34,284 nt of DNA from NCBI GenBank assembly GCA_007128345.1, contig SKXS01000024.1, positions 1 through 34,284 of the forward strand. The letters run 5' to 3'. Each line of letters opens with the position of its first letter. The stretch's first letter is position 1. The notes below the pieces were generated by a model. The model was not told where the DNA came from. It worked only from the letters and a program-made list of their open reading frames with translations, and did not search any database. Made by a program: the position numbers and the translations under genes. The DNA is from Spirochaetia bacterium (GTDB lineage Bacteria; Spirochaetota; Spirochaetia; PWKH01). Positions 18,166-25,921 of this stretch are shown one piece after another.

Positions 18166-18702
18166 CGCCCCGGTACTGCGTTCACGGTATGCCGAGACAA
18201 TCTGTGAAGCAGCCTCGAACTGATCGCACCGATCGGTATCGATGACCAGGTCCGCCCATCGGTAGTCCGATGTGTCGATGCCGTATATGCGCAGGTAGCG
18301 CTCGGAATCCCGCAGATCCCGTGCTTTGGTCTCCTCCAGCTTACGCAGAAGGTCATTCCCCTCGCGCTTCATGATCCTGGCAGCCCGGGTCTCCAGGGAG
18401 GCATCTAGGTATACGGTGAGGGCTGCATCCGGCACCAGCCAAATTGCCAGCCGTGATCCCAGAACACAGTTTCCGCTGCGGGCCAAGGAGACCTGGCGAT
18501 CGTCCAGCATCCGGTCATAGCGGTCATCCTGCTGGGCACGTTCGGCGAGTTCTTCAAAGGAGATGCCTAAATCGTCGGCGAGGGAACGGAAGGTATAATT
18601 GATCATGACAAACCCAAGCTGTTCAGCCGCAAGGGCGCTAACGGTGGTGTTCCCGCACCCGCTTTTCCCTGATATCGCAATAATTCTCCTGCTATTCGAC
18701 AT
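18157..18702 (-). CDS. Cytidylate-kinase-like nucleoside monophosphate kinase (short type) with Walker A GxxGxGNT
   Basis: Motifs IAISGKSGCGNTTVS, FRSLA..LG, D..LD..Q, GSRLAIW, RAARI..REG, RD..D..RY..IYGID and DLVIDT. Confidence 0.85.
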   Translation of the reverse strand: MSNSRRIIAISGKSGCGNTTVSALAAEQLGFVMINYTFRSLADDLGISFEELAERAQQDDRYDRMLDDRQVSLARSGNCVLGSRLAIWLVPDAALTVYLDASLETRAARIMKREGNDLLRKLEETKARDLRDSERYLRIYGIDTSDYRWADLVIDTDRCDQFEAASQIVSAYRERSTGAFT

Positions 18703-19558
18703 TGCGCAGCTGCTCCCTGATGTTTTCGAGGTGGTCCTTCATGATGACTACAGCCTGGTTCACTTCAGCCATGGTGCTCTTTGATGCTATGGTATTGATC
18801 TCGCGGTTGAGCTCCTGGCAGAGAAAATCAAGGCGCTTTCCCACCGGTCCTTTTGATGCAAGAATGGACTGGAATACATCGAGATGGCTGGCAATCCGCT
18901 TGATCTCCTCATTGACTGAGTACTTTACCAGCATCACCGCAGTCTCTGCAAGGATGCGGTTCTCATCATAGGAGCTGCCCAGCAGTTCCTCAAACCGCTG
19001 CCTGAGCACCTCCTGCACGGACTGCTCAAGCTCACCTGCCTTGTCTGCAACTTTCCGGTATGCCTCGGAAAATCCCTCAAGCTGCTCCTTGATATCCCGC
19101 AGCGTCGCTTCACCCTCCGCTGACCGCATGGCATCATGATCATCTATGAGCTTGAGAAGCAGCGATGTGATCAGCGCCCTGCTGGAATCGGGGAGCTCAC
19201 CCCTGACGGGCTTGAGCACCTCTTCAACCTGGAGAAAGTGATCAAGACGCAGCTGGTCATCCAGACCGACGGCTGCAATGATGTCCCTGAATGCGTCTGC
19301 GTAGCGCTGCAGTGCCTGACGGTCGACGTGAAGTTCCAGGTTGCTTTCCAGCATCCTGAAGCGAATCAATAACTCCACATACCCGCGGGACACCTTCGTC
19401 TTGATGATTCCCCGCAGCTCAGGTTCCATTGCATTGATGGACCCCGGAAGATGCACGTTGATATCCAGATACTTGTTATTGTGCGACTTGAGTTCCAAGG
19501 AGACCTGGAACACATCGTCCTGGTATTCCGTTGATGCATACCCTGTCATGCTCTTCAT
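18692..19558 (-). CDS. yicC: YicC/YloC family endoribonuclease
   Basis: Motifs MKSMTGY, ELKSHN.KYLD, SRG.VE, EEI.R..SH, GKRLDFLCQELNREINTIASK and IREQLRNVE. Confidence 0.95.
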   Translation of the reverse strand: MKSMTGYASTEYQDDVFQVSLELKSHNNKYLDINVHLPGSINAMEPELRGIIKTKVSRGYVELLIRFRMLESNLELHVDRQALQRYADAFRDIIAAVGLDDQLRLDHFLQVEEVLKPVRGELPDSSRALITSLLLKLIDDHDAMRSAEGEATLRDIKEQLEGFSEAYRKVADKAGELEQSVQEVLRQRFEELLGSSYDENRILAETAVMLVKYSVNEEIKRIASHLDVFQSILASKGPVGKRLDFLCQELNREINTIASKSTMAEVNQAVVIMKDHLENIREQLRNVE

Positions 19559-19560
19559 TG

Positions 19561-20919
19561 CTATGTTCGCTCCTTTGGTGGAGCAGCTGCAAGAGATGCT
19601 CCGAGACTGCGGTTGTCACCGGCACCCATAGTAATAAACAAATCACCGGGTTTCAAGAACCCCGCAAGGAATATCCGTGCGGTTTCATAGTCAGGGAAAA
19701 ACCGTGAGTCCCTCACCAGGTCTGCCAGGTCAGCCCCGGAAAGCCCGCCTGCCGGAGGTTTCTCCCTGCTGGGCTGGTAGATTTCCTGGATGCATACTGC
19801 ATCTGCCGCACTGAGGGCCTGGGCAAATTCATGAAGAAACGCCTTGGTCCTGGAAACGGTATGGGGAACAAAGTCAACCACCAGCCGTCGACGGGGATAC
19901 CGCTGCCGGAAAGCAGTGAGGGTTGCCTCAATCTCCCGGGGATGGTGCGCATAGTCATCATAAAACAGCACACCGCCGGATTCGCCGATACGCTCGCATC
20001 TCCTCACAGCGCCTGGATACGACGCTATCCCCTGGATGACTTCCAGCAGTTCCTGTCCATTGAGTTCACTGCCCCGGTGCGTCCGCATCCAGGCATTGCA
20101 GGCCAGCAAAGCCCCGAGCCCATCTTCTGCGATATGGTCACCGGGAACTGTGAAGGTGCACTCATGGCCCCAGGGCTCAAACCGGTAGCGGCCTGCCTCC
20201 CGGTCTACCGGGATAACCGCATACTCTGATGAGCCGCCGTAGCTTACGCGGGCTGCGGCGGCGGGTCCGATCTGATTATATGCATCCTCATGGATCACCA
20301 GCGTGCCCGACACCTTGCCGCAAAATTCCCTGAATGCCTGACGATATGCCTCCTGGTCACGATAGCAGTCCACATGATCGTAGTCCACCGAGGTTACCAA
20401 GGCAATCGCCGGGAGGTAGCGCAGAAAATGCCGGCGGTATTCACATGCTTCAATAACCAGCACCTCGGGAGTGCGGCAGAATGTGATCCCCGATACAGTT
20501 CCGGTGAGTGCTGCGGCCTTGACGCCGGCGGCAAGAAATCCCCTGGCTGTCATGACTGCCGAGGTGGTCTTACCGTGACTTCCCGCCACAAAAACCGACG
20601 GGTATTCCCTGGACAGCTCGGCAAGCGCTTCGGGATACGATTGCATGGGGATACCGTATGCTTCGGCCTGTCTGAGCTCACTGCAGGCATCAGGAGCATA
20701 GGCGGGTGAGTAGATAACTCGGTCTATGGATGTATCAATACGGGAGGAAGTAAACCCTTCGTACACCGGGATCCCGGCTTCTGAAAGCTGCTTCCGGGTA
20801 TAGAATGCGGAAAGAAGATCGCTGCCGGATACTTCGCATCCCTGGGTATGCAGAAACAGGGCCAGGTTGGATAATCCGGTCCCGCAGATGCCGATGCAGT
20901 AAACCTTGGCTCTCTCCAT
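19561..20919 (-). CDS. murC: UDP-N-acetylmuramate--L-alanine ligase
   Basis: Motifs IGICGTGLS, VSGSD, AGSHGKTTS, EACEY, DHVDCY, DDYAHHPREI, F.PHT.SRT and MGAGD. Confidence 0.9.
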   Translation of the reverse strand: MERAKVYCIGICGTGLSNLALFLHTQGCEVSGSDLLSAFYTRKQLSEAGIPVYEGFTSSRIDTSIDRVIYSPAYAPDACSELRQAEAYGIPMQSYPEALAELSREYPSVFVAGSHGKTTSAVMTARGFLAAGVKAAALTGTVSGITFCRTPEVLVIEACEYRRHFLRYLPAIALVTSVDYDHVDCYRDQEAYRQAFREFCGKVSGTLVIHEDAYNQIGPAAAARVSYGGSSEYAVIPVDREAGRYRFEPWGHECTFTVPGDHIAEDGLGALLACNAWMRTHRGSELNGQELLEVIQGIASYPGAVRRCERIGESGGVLFYDDYAHHPREIEATLTAFRQRYPRRRLVVDFVPHTVSRTKAFLHEFAQALSAADAVCIQEIYQPSREKPPAGGLSGADLADLVRDSRFFPDYETARIFLAGFLKPGDLFITMGAGDNRSLGASLAAAPPKERT

Positions 20920-20942
20920 GATCCTCCCGGTACCTCAAGAAG

Positions 20943-20964
20943 AACGGGACCATCAGGTCCCGTT
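20943..20964 (-). terminator. Intrinsic terminator of the zinc-ribbon microprotein gene
   Basis: Perfect 9-bp stem AACGGGACC-atca-GGTCCCGTT, followed on the minus strand by CTTCTT. Confidence 0.7.
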
Positions 20965-20981
20965 ATGTTTCGCGGATGCAG

Positions 20982-21164
20982 CTATGATGCTTTCTTCGTT
21001 CCGTGCTTGAGTGCAGCGCTGCACTGCTTGCAGACTTTCTGTTTCTTACCGCTGATTTCCCGTTCGTGCAGAAGCTTAATTCCCGTTCTGCTGCACACCG
21101 GGCAGGTTCCCCTTCCTTGCTTCTGCAGTTCGCGAATACCGGCTCCCCTATGTGATTTGGCCAT
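20982..21164 (-). CDS. Small basic zinc-ribbon protein (CxxC...CxxC)
   Basis: 60 aa, Lys/Arg-rich, with CPVC and CKQC. AAGGAG RBS, own promoter and terminator. Confidence 0.85.
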   Translation of the reverse strand: MAKSHRGAGIRELQKQGRGTCPVCSRTGIKLLHEREISGKKQKVCKQCSAALKHGTKKAS

Positions 21165-21201
21165 AACAACTCCTTAGATCAGTACAACATACGTGTGCAT
21201 G

Positions 21202-21230
21202 ACTATAGTAAGCGGAGAAAAAAAAGTCAA
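21202..21230 (-). promoter_or_regulatory. Near-consensus sigma70 promoter of the zinc-ribbon gene
   Basis: Minus strand: TTGACT-17 nt-TATAGT. Confidence 0.75.
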
Positions 21231-21293
21231 GCGGGATGTGCTGATGCGCCGGGGTCTTTACTTTTGCATCTCCAGGTAGTAGCATGCTCAATT

Positions 21294-21611
21294 ATGACAC
21301 CAAAACAAGTACCGGGCATGGAAGACCTTAAGGAACTCATTGAGGTGTTTGCCGAGATTAACAGCTACGATGAGATGAACAAGCTCTTCAGAGAGCTCTT
21401 CACAGTCAAGGAGATCTACGATGTTGCCCTCAGGTGGCGCCTCATGAAGGATCTGTACCGGAAGGTCCCCCAACGCGAAATAGCCCACGACCTGGGCATA
21501 AGCCTGTGCAAGATAACCAGGGGCTCAAAGATTCTGAAGGAAGATACATCGCAGTGCAGGAAAATTATCGGCACACTGCTCAACGGTGATGAGGCAGGCA
21601 CACAGAAGTGA
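21294..21611 (+). CDS. TrpR-like (Trp repressor/YerC family) transcriptional regulator
   Basis: ELFT.KE...V..RW and HTH VPQREIAHDLGISLCKITRGSKILK. Start at ATG 21294 or 21318. Confidence 0.85.
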   Translation: MTPKQVPGMEDLKELIEVFAEINSYDEMNKLFRELFTVKEIYDVALRWRLMKDLYRKVPQREIAHDLGISLCKITRGSKILKEDTSQCRKIIGTLLNGDEAGTQK

Positions 21612-21642
21612 TCCCGGCTCATGTGACCGCATTCACGCCTTT

Positions 21643-22758
21643 CTAGAAGGATATACCGCCGGTGATCCGCAGCTTTGGCAGTTCCCCATCATAGGGATCA
21701 TCTCCGGTTTCGTTAAACAGCGGCAGTGCCGTCGCTGGGATCTGAATGGCTGCGTCGGCGGAGATATGGAGCAGTTCAACCCCGACTCCGAGGGAAAAGG
21801 TCCCCCGTGAAGGTTGTATGGCTCCCACCAGGACATCTGACAGATTTTCCAGCTGCTCAGCATAACCGGCCCGCACAGCGATGCGGTTGTAGTCCGTCAG
21901 GTAGAGACCGCCTTCCACCCCCAGCTGGAGCATTCTCCGGTCATCATCGCCGATATGATCGACGTCAAGAGAACCCATGACCCGAAAGGTATTGATTCTC
22001 CCAAACTGGTCGATTCTCCTGCTCCGCAGTCCTATTCCCACGTTGAGGTCGTCGGTGAGTCCGTTGAATGCGGGAAACTCCCGGTCCTGGGACCAGGCCA
22101 TGAAGTCAAAAAGCTTTTCATGGTACGCACCGACTGATACAATGCCGGTATCAAAGAGGATGCCGGCCTTCATGACCAGCACGTCATAGGCATCTCCTTT
22201 GGGCTCGTAGTCGCTGAGCATCAGATCGAGGGCCAAATCGTATATGGCCCCTATGCTCAGGTTATGCTGACCCATGGAGATGTTATCGGTGACACTCTCC
22301 TTTGAGGCCTGGAGGGATACGCCGAAGGAGAGCATGCCGATTCCCATGGCAGCCCCCACGTCGAGAGTATTGACCTTAGTCACTTCGTACGCGCCGTTAT
22401 TGAAGTCGGAGGGATTCATGTAGTAAGTTGAATGCATGCCGACCCCCCATCCGGGGGCAGTAAATACAAAACGGGGAATAAAGATAGGTGTATACTGCTG
22501 TTCCCCAAAGCTTCGGGGATCAGCATAGTCTTCGTACCCCAGAGTAAATCTGAACCTCCTGTCAGGAATGGTATCCAGTCCTGCGGGGTTCATGAACAAT
22601 GTGTTATGGTCATGGGCTACTGCGGTGTAGGCATGAGAAAGTCCGAATGCCCGGGCATCTCCCGGCGAGGTATAGTGTTCATGCCCTGCAAACAGCAATC
22701 CCGGTACAAGCATACAAAACATGGCGCACACCCATGCGCGAACAATTTTTTTAACCAC
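21643..22758 (-). CDS. Outer-membrane beta-barrel protein, FadL/PorV-like
   Basis: Sec signal ending GLLFA, N-terminal hatch motif ARAFGLSHAYTAVAHD...FMNPAGL, amphipathic strands (IAVRAGY, FSLGVGV) and C-terminal Phe (GGISF). GTG 22758 follows a CAGGAG RBS. Confidence 0.75.
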   Translation of the reverse strand: MVKKIVRAWVCAMFCMLVPGLLFAGHEHYTSPGDARAFGLSHAYTAVAHDHNTLFMNPAGLDTIPDRRFRFTLGYEDYADPRSFGEQQYTPIFIPRFVFTAPGWGVGMHSTYYMNPSDFNNGAYEVTKVNTLDVGAAMGIGMLSFGVSLQASKESVTDNISMGQHNLSIGAIYDLALDLMLSDYEPKGDAYDVLVMKAGILFDTGIVSVGAYHEKLFDFMAWSQDREFPAFNGLTDDLNVGIGLRSRRIDQFGRINTFRVMGSLDVDHIGDDDRRMLQLGVEGGLYLTDYNRIAVRAGYAEQLENLSDVLVGAIQPSRGTFSLGVGVELLHISADAAIQIPATALPLFNETGDDPYDGELPKLRITGGISF

Positions 22759-22836
22759 GTACAACTCCTGATATGTTTGTGCTACCATACATTAAACTAT
22801 TTACTTGATAAAAAGTTACAAAGAAATGTGAGACTG

Positions 22837-23817
22837 TTATGACTGCCGTTTTGCAAGCCTGTGCAGGAGTCTGCTCAGCGATTCCCGCGCATCGCATGCG
22901 GGGAGCCTGGAAAGCTCCCGATTTGCCTGCTGTTCATAGCTGCGGGCTGTCCGCCGGGCCGCATCCACCCCCCCGATCCTATGTATCTCAGCGATAATCT
23001 CGGGAATCTGCCGGTCTCCGGGGACAGCACCATCAAGCATACGCTTCAGCTTTCCGCTGCGGTCCATCTCCAGGGCGCAGATAAGCGGAAGCGTAGCGAT
23101 GCCTACGGTGAGGTCCTTGCCGACATCCTTTCCCATCCGGTTCGGCCTGCCGGTAATATCAAGTATGTCGTCGTGCATCTGGAAGGAGATGCCCAGGTTG
23201 TATCCGAAACGGGACAAGGCCCGCACCTGTCCGGCATCGAGCTTGCCCGCCGATGCCCCCAGGTAGCAGCTCAGTGAAAAGAGGGCGGCCGTCTTCCCAC
23301 CAATGCGCCGTATGTAACGGCTCTTCGGAATAAAGAAGTTTCCTATCTCGCTGTCCTGGTCGATCTCACTCTCGCACAGCTTTGCCATACGGTCTGACAC
23401 CACTTTGCTGTCGTAGGAACGCTTCATATCCTGAGAGAGGAGCGCGAATGCCCTCACCAGGATATAGTCCCCGGCAACCACGGCCTTGCGGTTTCCGATG
23501 CGCCGATGCAGGGTCTCCTCCCCTCTCCTGGCGGAGGCCTCATCAATGATGTCATCGTGGATAAGTGAAGCAGCGTGGACCAGTTCAATGCCTGCAGCCA
23601 GGGCTGTCACTTCCTCCTGCTGGCTGCTGCCGCTGCCCACCCAGGAAGCAAGGATGAGCAGGGCAGGCCTGAGCATCTTGCCCTGCTGGCTTGCAATGTC
23701 CTGGAGATGCGGCCTGATGTACCCGCGGGCTCCTGAAAGGGTTCCTTTGATGTTGACGCGGACGTGTTCAAGCCACTCAGCAAGCAGTGGGTCCTGGTTC
23801 CAGTACTCGTTGCTCAC
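22837..23817 (-). CDS. Polyprenyl diphosphate synthase (heptaprenyl synthase component II; DmkB-like)
   Basis: Motifs GKMLRP, ELVHAASLIHDDIID...RRG, AGDY, GKTAALF, FQMHDDILD and GKD...G..TLP. Starts 7 bp after the ndh2 stop. Confidence 0.93.
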   Translation of the reverse strand: MSNEYWNQDPLLAEWLEHVRVNIKGTLSGARGYIRPHLQDIASQQGKMLRPALLILASWVGSGSSQQEEVTALAAGIELVHAASLIHDDIIDEASARRGEETLHRRIGNRKAVVAGDYILVRAFALLSQDMKRSYDSKVVSDRMAKLCESEIDQDSEIGNFFIPKSRYIRRIGGKTAALFSLSCYLGASAGKLDAGQVRALSRFGYNLGISFQMHDDILDITGRPNRMGKDVGKDLTVGIATLPLICALEMDRSGKLKRMLDGAVPGDRQIPEIIAEIHRIGGVDAARRTARSYEQQANRELSRLPACDARESLSRLLHRLAKRQS

Positions 23818-23824
23818 GATGCAC

Positions 23825-25828
23825 TTAGCCTTTCTTCCTGAATCTCTTCTTTCGGACTACGGGTTCATCCAGGTAGAGGTACGTCTTGTGGGCAAGCCTG
23901 CAGCCGTTCCACCACTTCTTGATCCACGGCATCACCCAGTAGTCCAAGCCGAAGCACTTGCCTGCGCCTCCAAGCATGACGATGGATACCGCAATGTACC
24001 AGAGAATTTCCTGGCTGGCCAACGCGCCCATGAGCAGCATGAGTGAAAGCCCGATGGACGCAATCGCCGCTGGAAAGGTGAAAAGACCGACAAGGAAGGC
24101 CAGGCCTAAGGCAATTTCCCCGAGCACGATGGACACCTGGAAGAAATACGGCGCCTGGGCAACAAAGGTCTCATTTACCCACTGAAAGATTGCCGTAGGT
24201 TCACTCAGCAGGGGCGGAGCATACTGCGCCACCTCACCGCCGCCTGGGGTTGCCATGGTAAGCGCGTCAGTTGCGGCGGTGACCCCTTCTGCCCCGTTCT
24301 CCCAGGGGGTTGAAGTGGTTACAGCTGACACCCCTTCTGCCCCGTTTTCCAAGGGGGTTGAGCTGGTCACAGCTGACACCCCTTCTGCATCGTTGGCTTC
24401 CCAGGTTGCCCCTGCGGTACCGTCAGCACTTCCCCAGTACACCTTTCCCCCGGTTGTGTCGCTAAGCCAGCCTTGGGGAATCTTCTTGGCTCCTTCAATG
24501 AACCACATAACTCCCAAATACATCCTGAGGAAGGTCAGCCAGTAGGACTGGAGCTTGGCAGTAGCAAGTCCTCCTATGAATGATCGTTTGTTCTTTATAT
24601 CCAGGATCTCATGCTGCAGGTAGCGCCACCATCCGTTGATGCCGCAGGTCGTATGCTGGTAGTAGACATTGACCAGATGCTTCAGCCCCATGGCGAATAT
24701 GCCCGACATGGCTATGCCCATGGTGTACGAGACCGCGTAGCGGCCCCCAATGGACACCATGTACCCGTGGAAATTTGACTTGAATGGTTTAGGCTCCTTG
24801 GCACTGAAGCCAAGTTCCTTGCGTATTTCATAGACCATGCTGTCTACGGCGGTGAAAGCGGTCTGTTCAGCGGCCTCAACTGTCTGGGGAAGCGGAAGCT
24901 CATGCTCAATAAACCATACGGCATCGCCTGCCAGGTAGACTCGGTCGTAATCAACGCTCTTCATGTACTCATTGACCCGCTTCCTGGCCATCATTCCTTC
25001 AGCGAGGGGGAGCTTCTGGGCAAAATCGCTGCCCTTGATGCCGCAGGTCCAGATCACCGTATCGGACTTGATAACCGTCTTGTCCTTCAATGTGATGCTC
25101 CCCGGCTCAGCCTTCACAATGAATGAATTGAGCTTGATCTCCACGCCTTTCTTTTTCAGGTACTTCTCTGCCTTCATGCGGGGCTTTTCCGGCCAGGTAT
25201 TGAGGATCTTGCCGAGGCCTTCAACGGTGATAATCTGTATCTCGTCGGGGTCGGCCTTGAACTCCTTACAGAGGACAGGAATCCATTCAATAAGCTCTCC
25301 CACCATCTCAATACCGGTAAATCCTGCTCCTGCAACCACAAAGGTGAGCATCTGCCTGCGGCGCTCAGGGTCCTTCTCGTAGGAAGCCGCACGTACAGTA
25401 TCCTTGATGTGCTCACGTATCTTCAGGGCATCTGCAAGTCCCCACAGCGAGAACGCGTGCTCCTTGATGCCGGGAATGCCAAAGTCAGAGGACTCCGCTC
25501 CGGTACCCATGAGCAGGTAGTCGTAGCCGTAAGTCTCTGTACTTGAGGTGAGCGTCCGCCCCTCAAAGTCAATGGAAACGATGGTATCCTGCACCACCTT
25601 GACCATGCTGCCGGCGAATATCCGGTCAAAGGATATTTTAACCGATTCCTCCGGGACCCTGCCCCCTGCCAGTTCATGGAGCTCCGTCATGAGTACATGG
25701 AACGGATCCTTGTCTATGAGGGTGATCTCCACCCGGTCGCGCATTTTCTTAAACTGTTTGTGCAGCTTCTTTGCCGCGTGCACTCCTGCATATCCCCCGC
25801 CCAGCACAACTATCTGTATTGGTTTCAT
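23825..25828 (-). CDS. Type II NADH dehydrogenase with C-terminal DoxX/TQO membrane domain (FLEET Ndh2-like)
   Basis: FAD motif VVLGGGYAG, NADH motif VVAGAGFTGIE, WTCG and AGD. C-terminal LRMYLGVMW..EG..K, E..LGLA.L.GLFT and GAGK.FGLDYWVMP are DoxD-like. GGAG RBS before ATG 25828. Confidence 0.92.
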   Translation of the reverse strand: MKPIQIVVLGGGYAGVHAAKKLHKQFKKMRDRVEITLIDKDPFHVLMTELHELAGGRVPEESVKISFDRIFAGSMVKVVQDTIVSIDFEGRTLTSSTETYGYDYLLMGTGAESSDFGIPGIKEHAFSLWGLADALKIREHIKDTVRAASYEKDPERRRQMLTFVVAGAGFTGIEMVGELIEWIPVLCKEFKADPDEIQIITVEGLGKILNTWPEKPRMKAEKYLKKKGVEIKLNSFIVKAEPGSITLKDKTVIKSDTVIWTCGIKGSDFAQKLPLAEGMMARKRVNEYMKSVDYDRVYLAGDAVWFIEHELPLPQTVEAAEQTAFTAVDSMVYEIRKELGFSAKEPKPFKSNFHGYMVSIGGRYAVSYTMGIAMSGIFAMGLKHLVNVYYQHTTCGINGWWRYLQHEILDIKNKRSFIGGLATAKLQSYWLTFLRMYLGVMWFIEGAKKIPQGWLSDTTGGKVYWGSADGTAGATWEANDAEGVSAVTSSTPLENGAEGVSAVTTSTPWENGAEGVTAATDALTMATPGGGEVAQYAPPLLSEPTAIFQWVNETFVAQAPYFFQVSIVLGEIALGLAFLVGLFTFPAAIASIGLSLMLLMGALASQEILWYIAVSIVMLGGAGKCFGLDYWVMPWIKKWWNGCRLAHKTYLYLDEPVVRKKRFRKKG
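24282..24388. repeat. 48-bp in-frame tandem repeat (about 2.2 copies) in the DoxX loop of ndh2
   Basis: ACCCCTTCTGC recurs at 24282, 24330 and 24378. Encodes AEGVSAVTSSTPLENG / AEGVSAVTTSTPWENG / AEGV. Confidence 0.92.
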
Positions 25829-25864
25829 GTATAACTCCATCTCCTAACCTATGCTTTCTATTCC

Positions 25865-25915
25865 AAAGTATTATTCTATCGCAGGGTTGTCAAGACTTAG
25901 CTTTTTCATCATAAT
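25865..25915. promoter_or_regulatory. Divergent sigma70 promoters for ndh2 (-) and apbE (+) with overlapping -35 boxes
   Basis: Minus: TTGACA (25893-25888)-17-TACTTT (25870-25865). Plus: TTGTCA (25887-25892)-17-CATAAT (25910-25915). Confidence 0.6.
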
Positions 25916-25921
25916 TATTTC

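Noticed and set aside
17910-18356. 148-aa ORF in the track
   Set aside because: The N-terminal 83 aa overlap the kinase gene and a promoter. Only the C-terminal 65 aa (rpoZ, GTG 18107) are supported by an RBS.
21165-21293. TrpR operator or trp regulon near the TrpR-like gene
   Set aside because: No CTAG-based operator palindrome and no trp genes. The ACTATAGT palindrome is simply the -10 box of the divergent gene.
24282-24388. 48-bp repeats as a CRISPR array or mobile-element remnant
   Set aside because: The units are contiguous, in frame and lack spacers, and there are no cas or transposase genes. This is a coding repeat.
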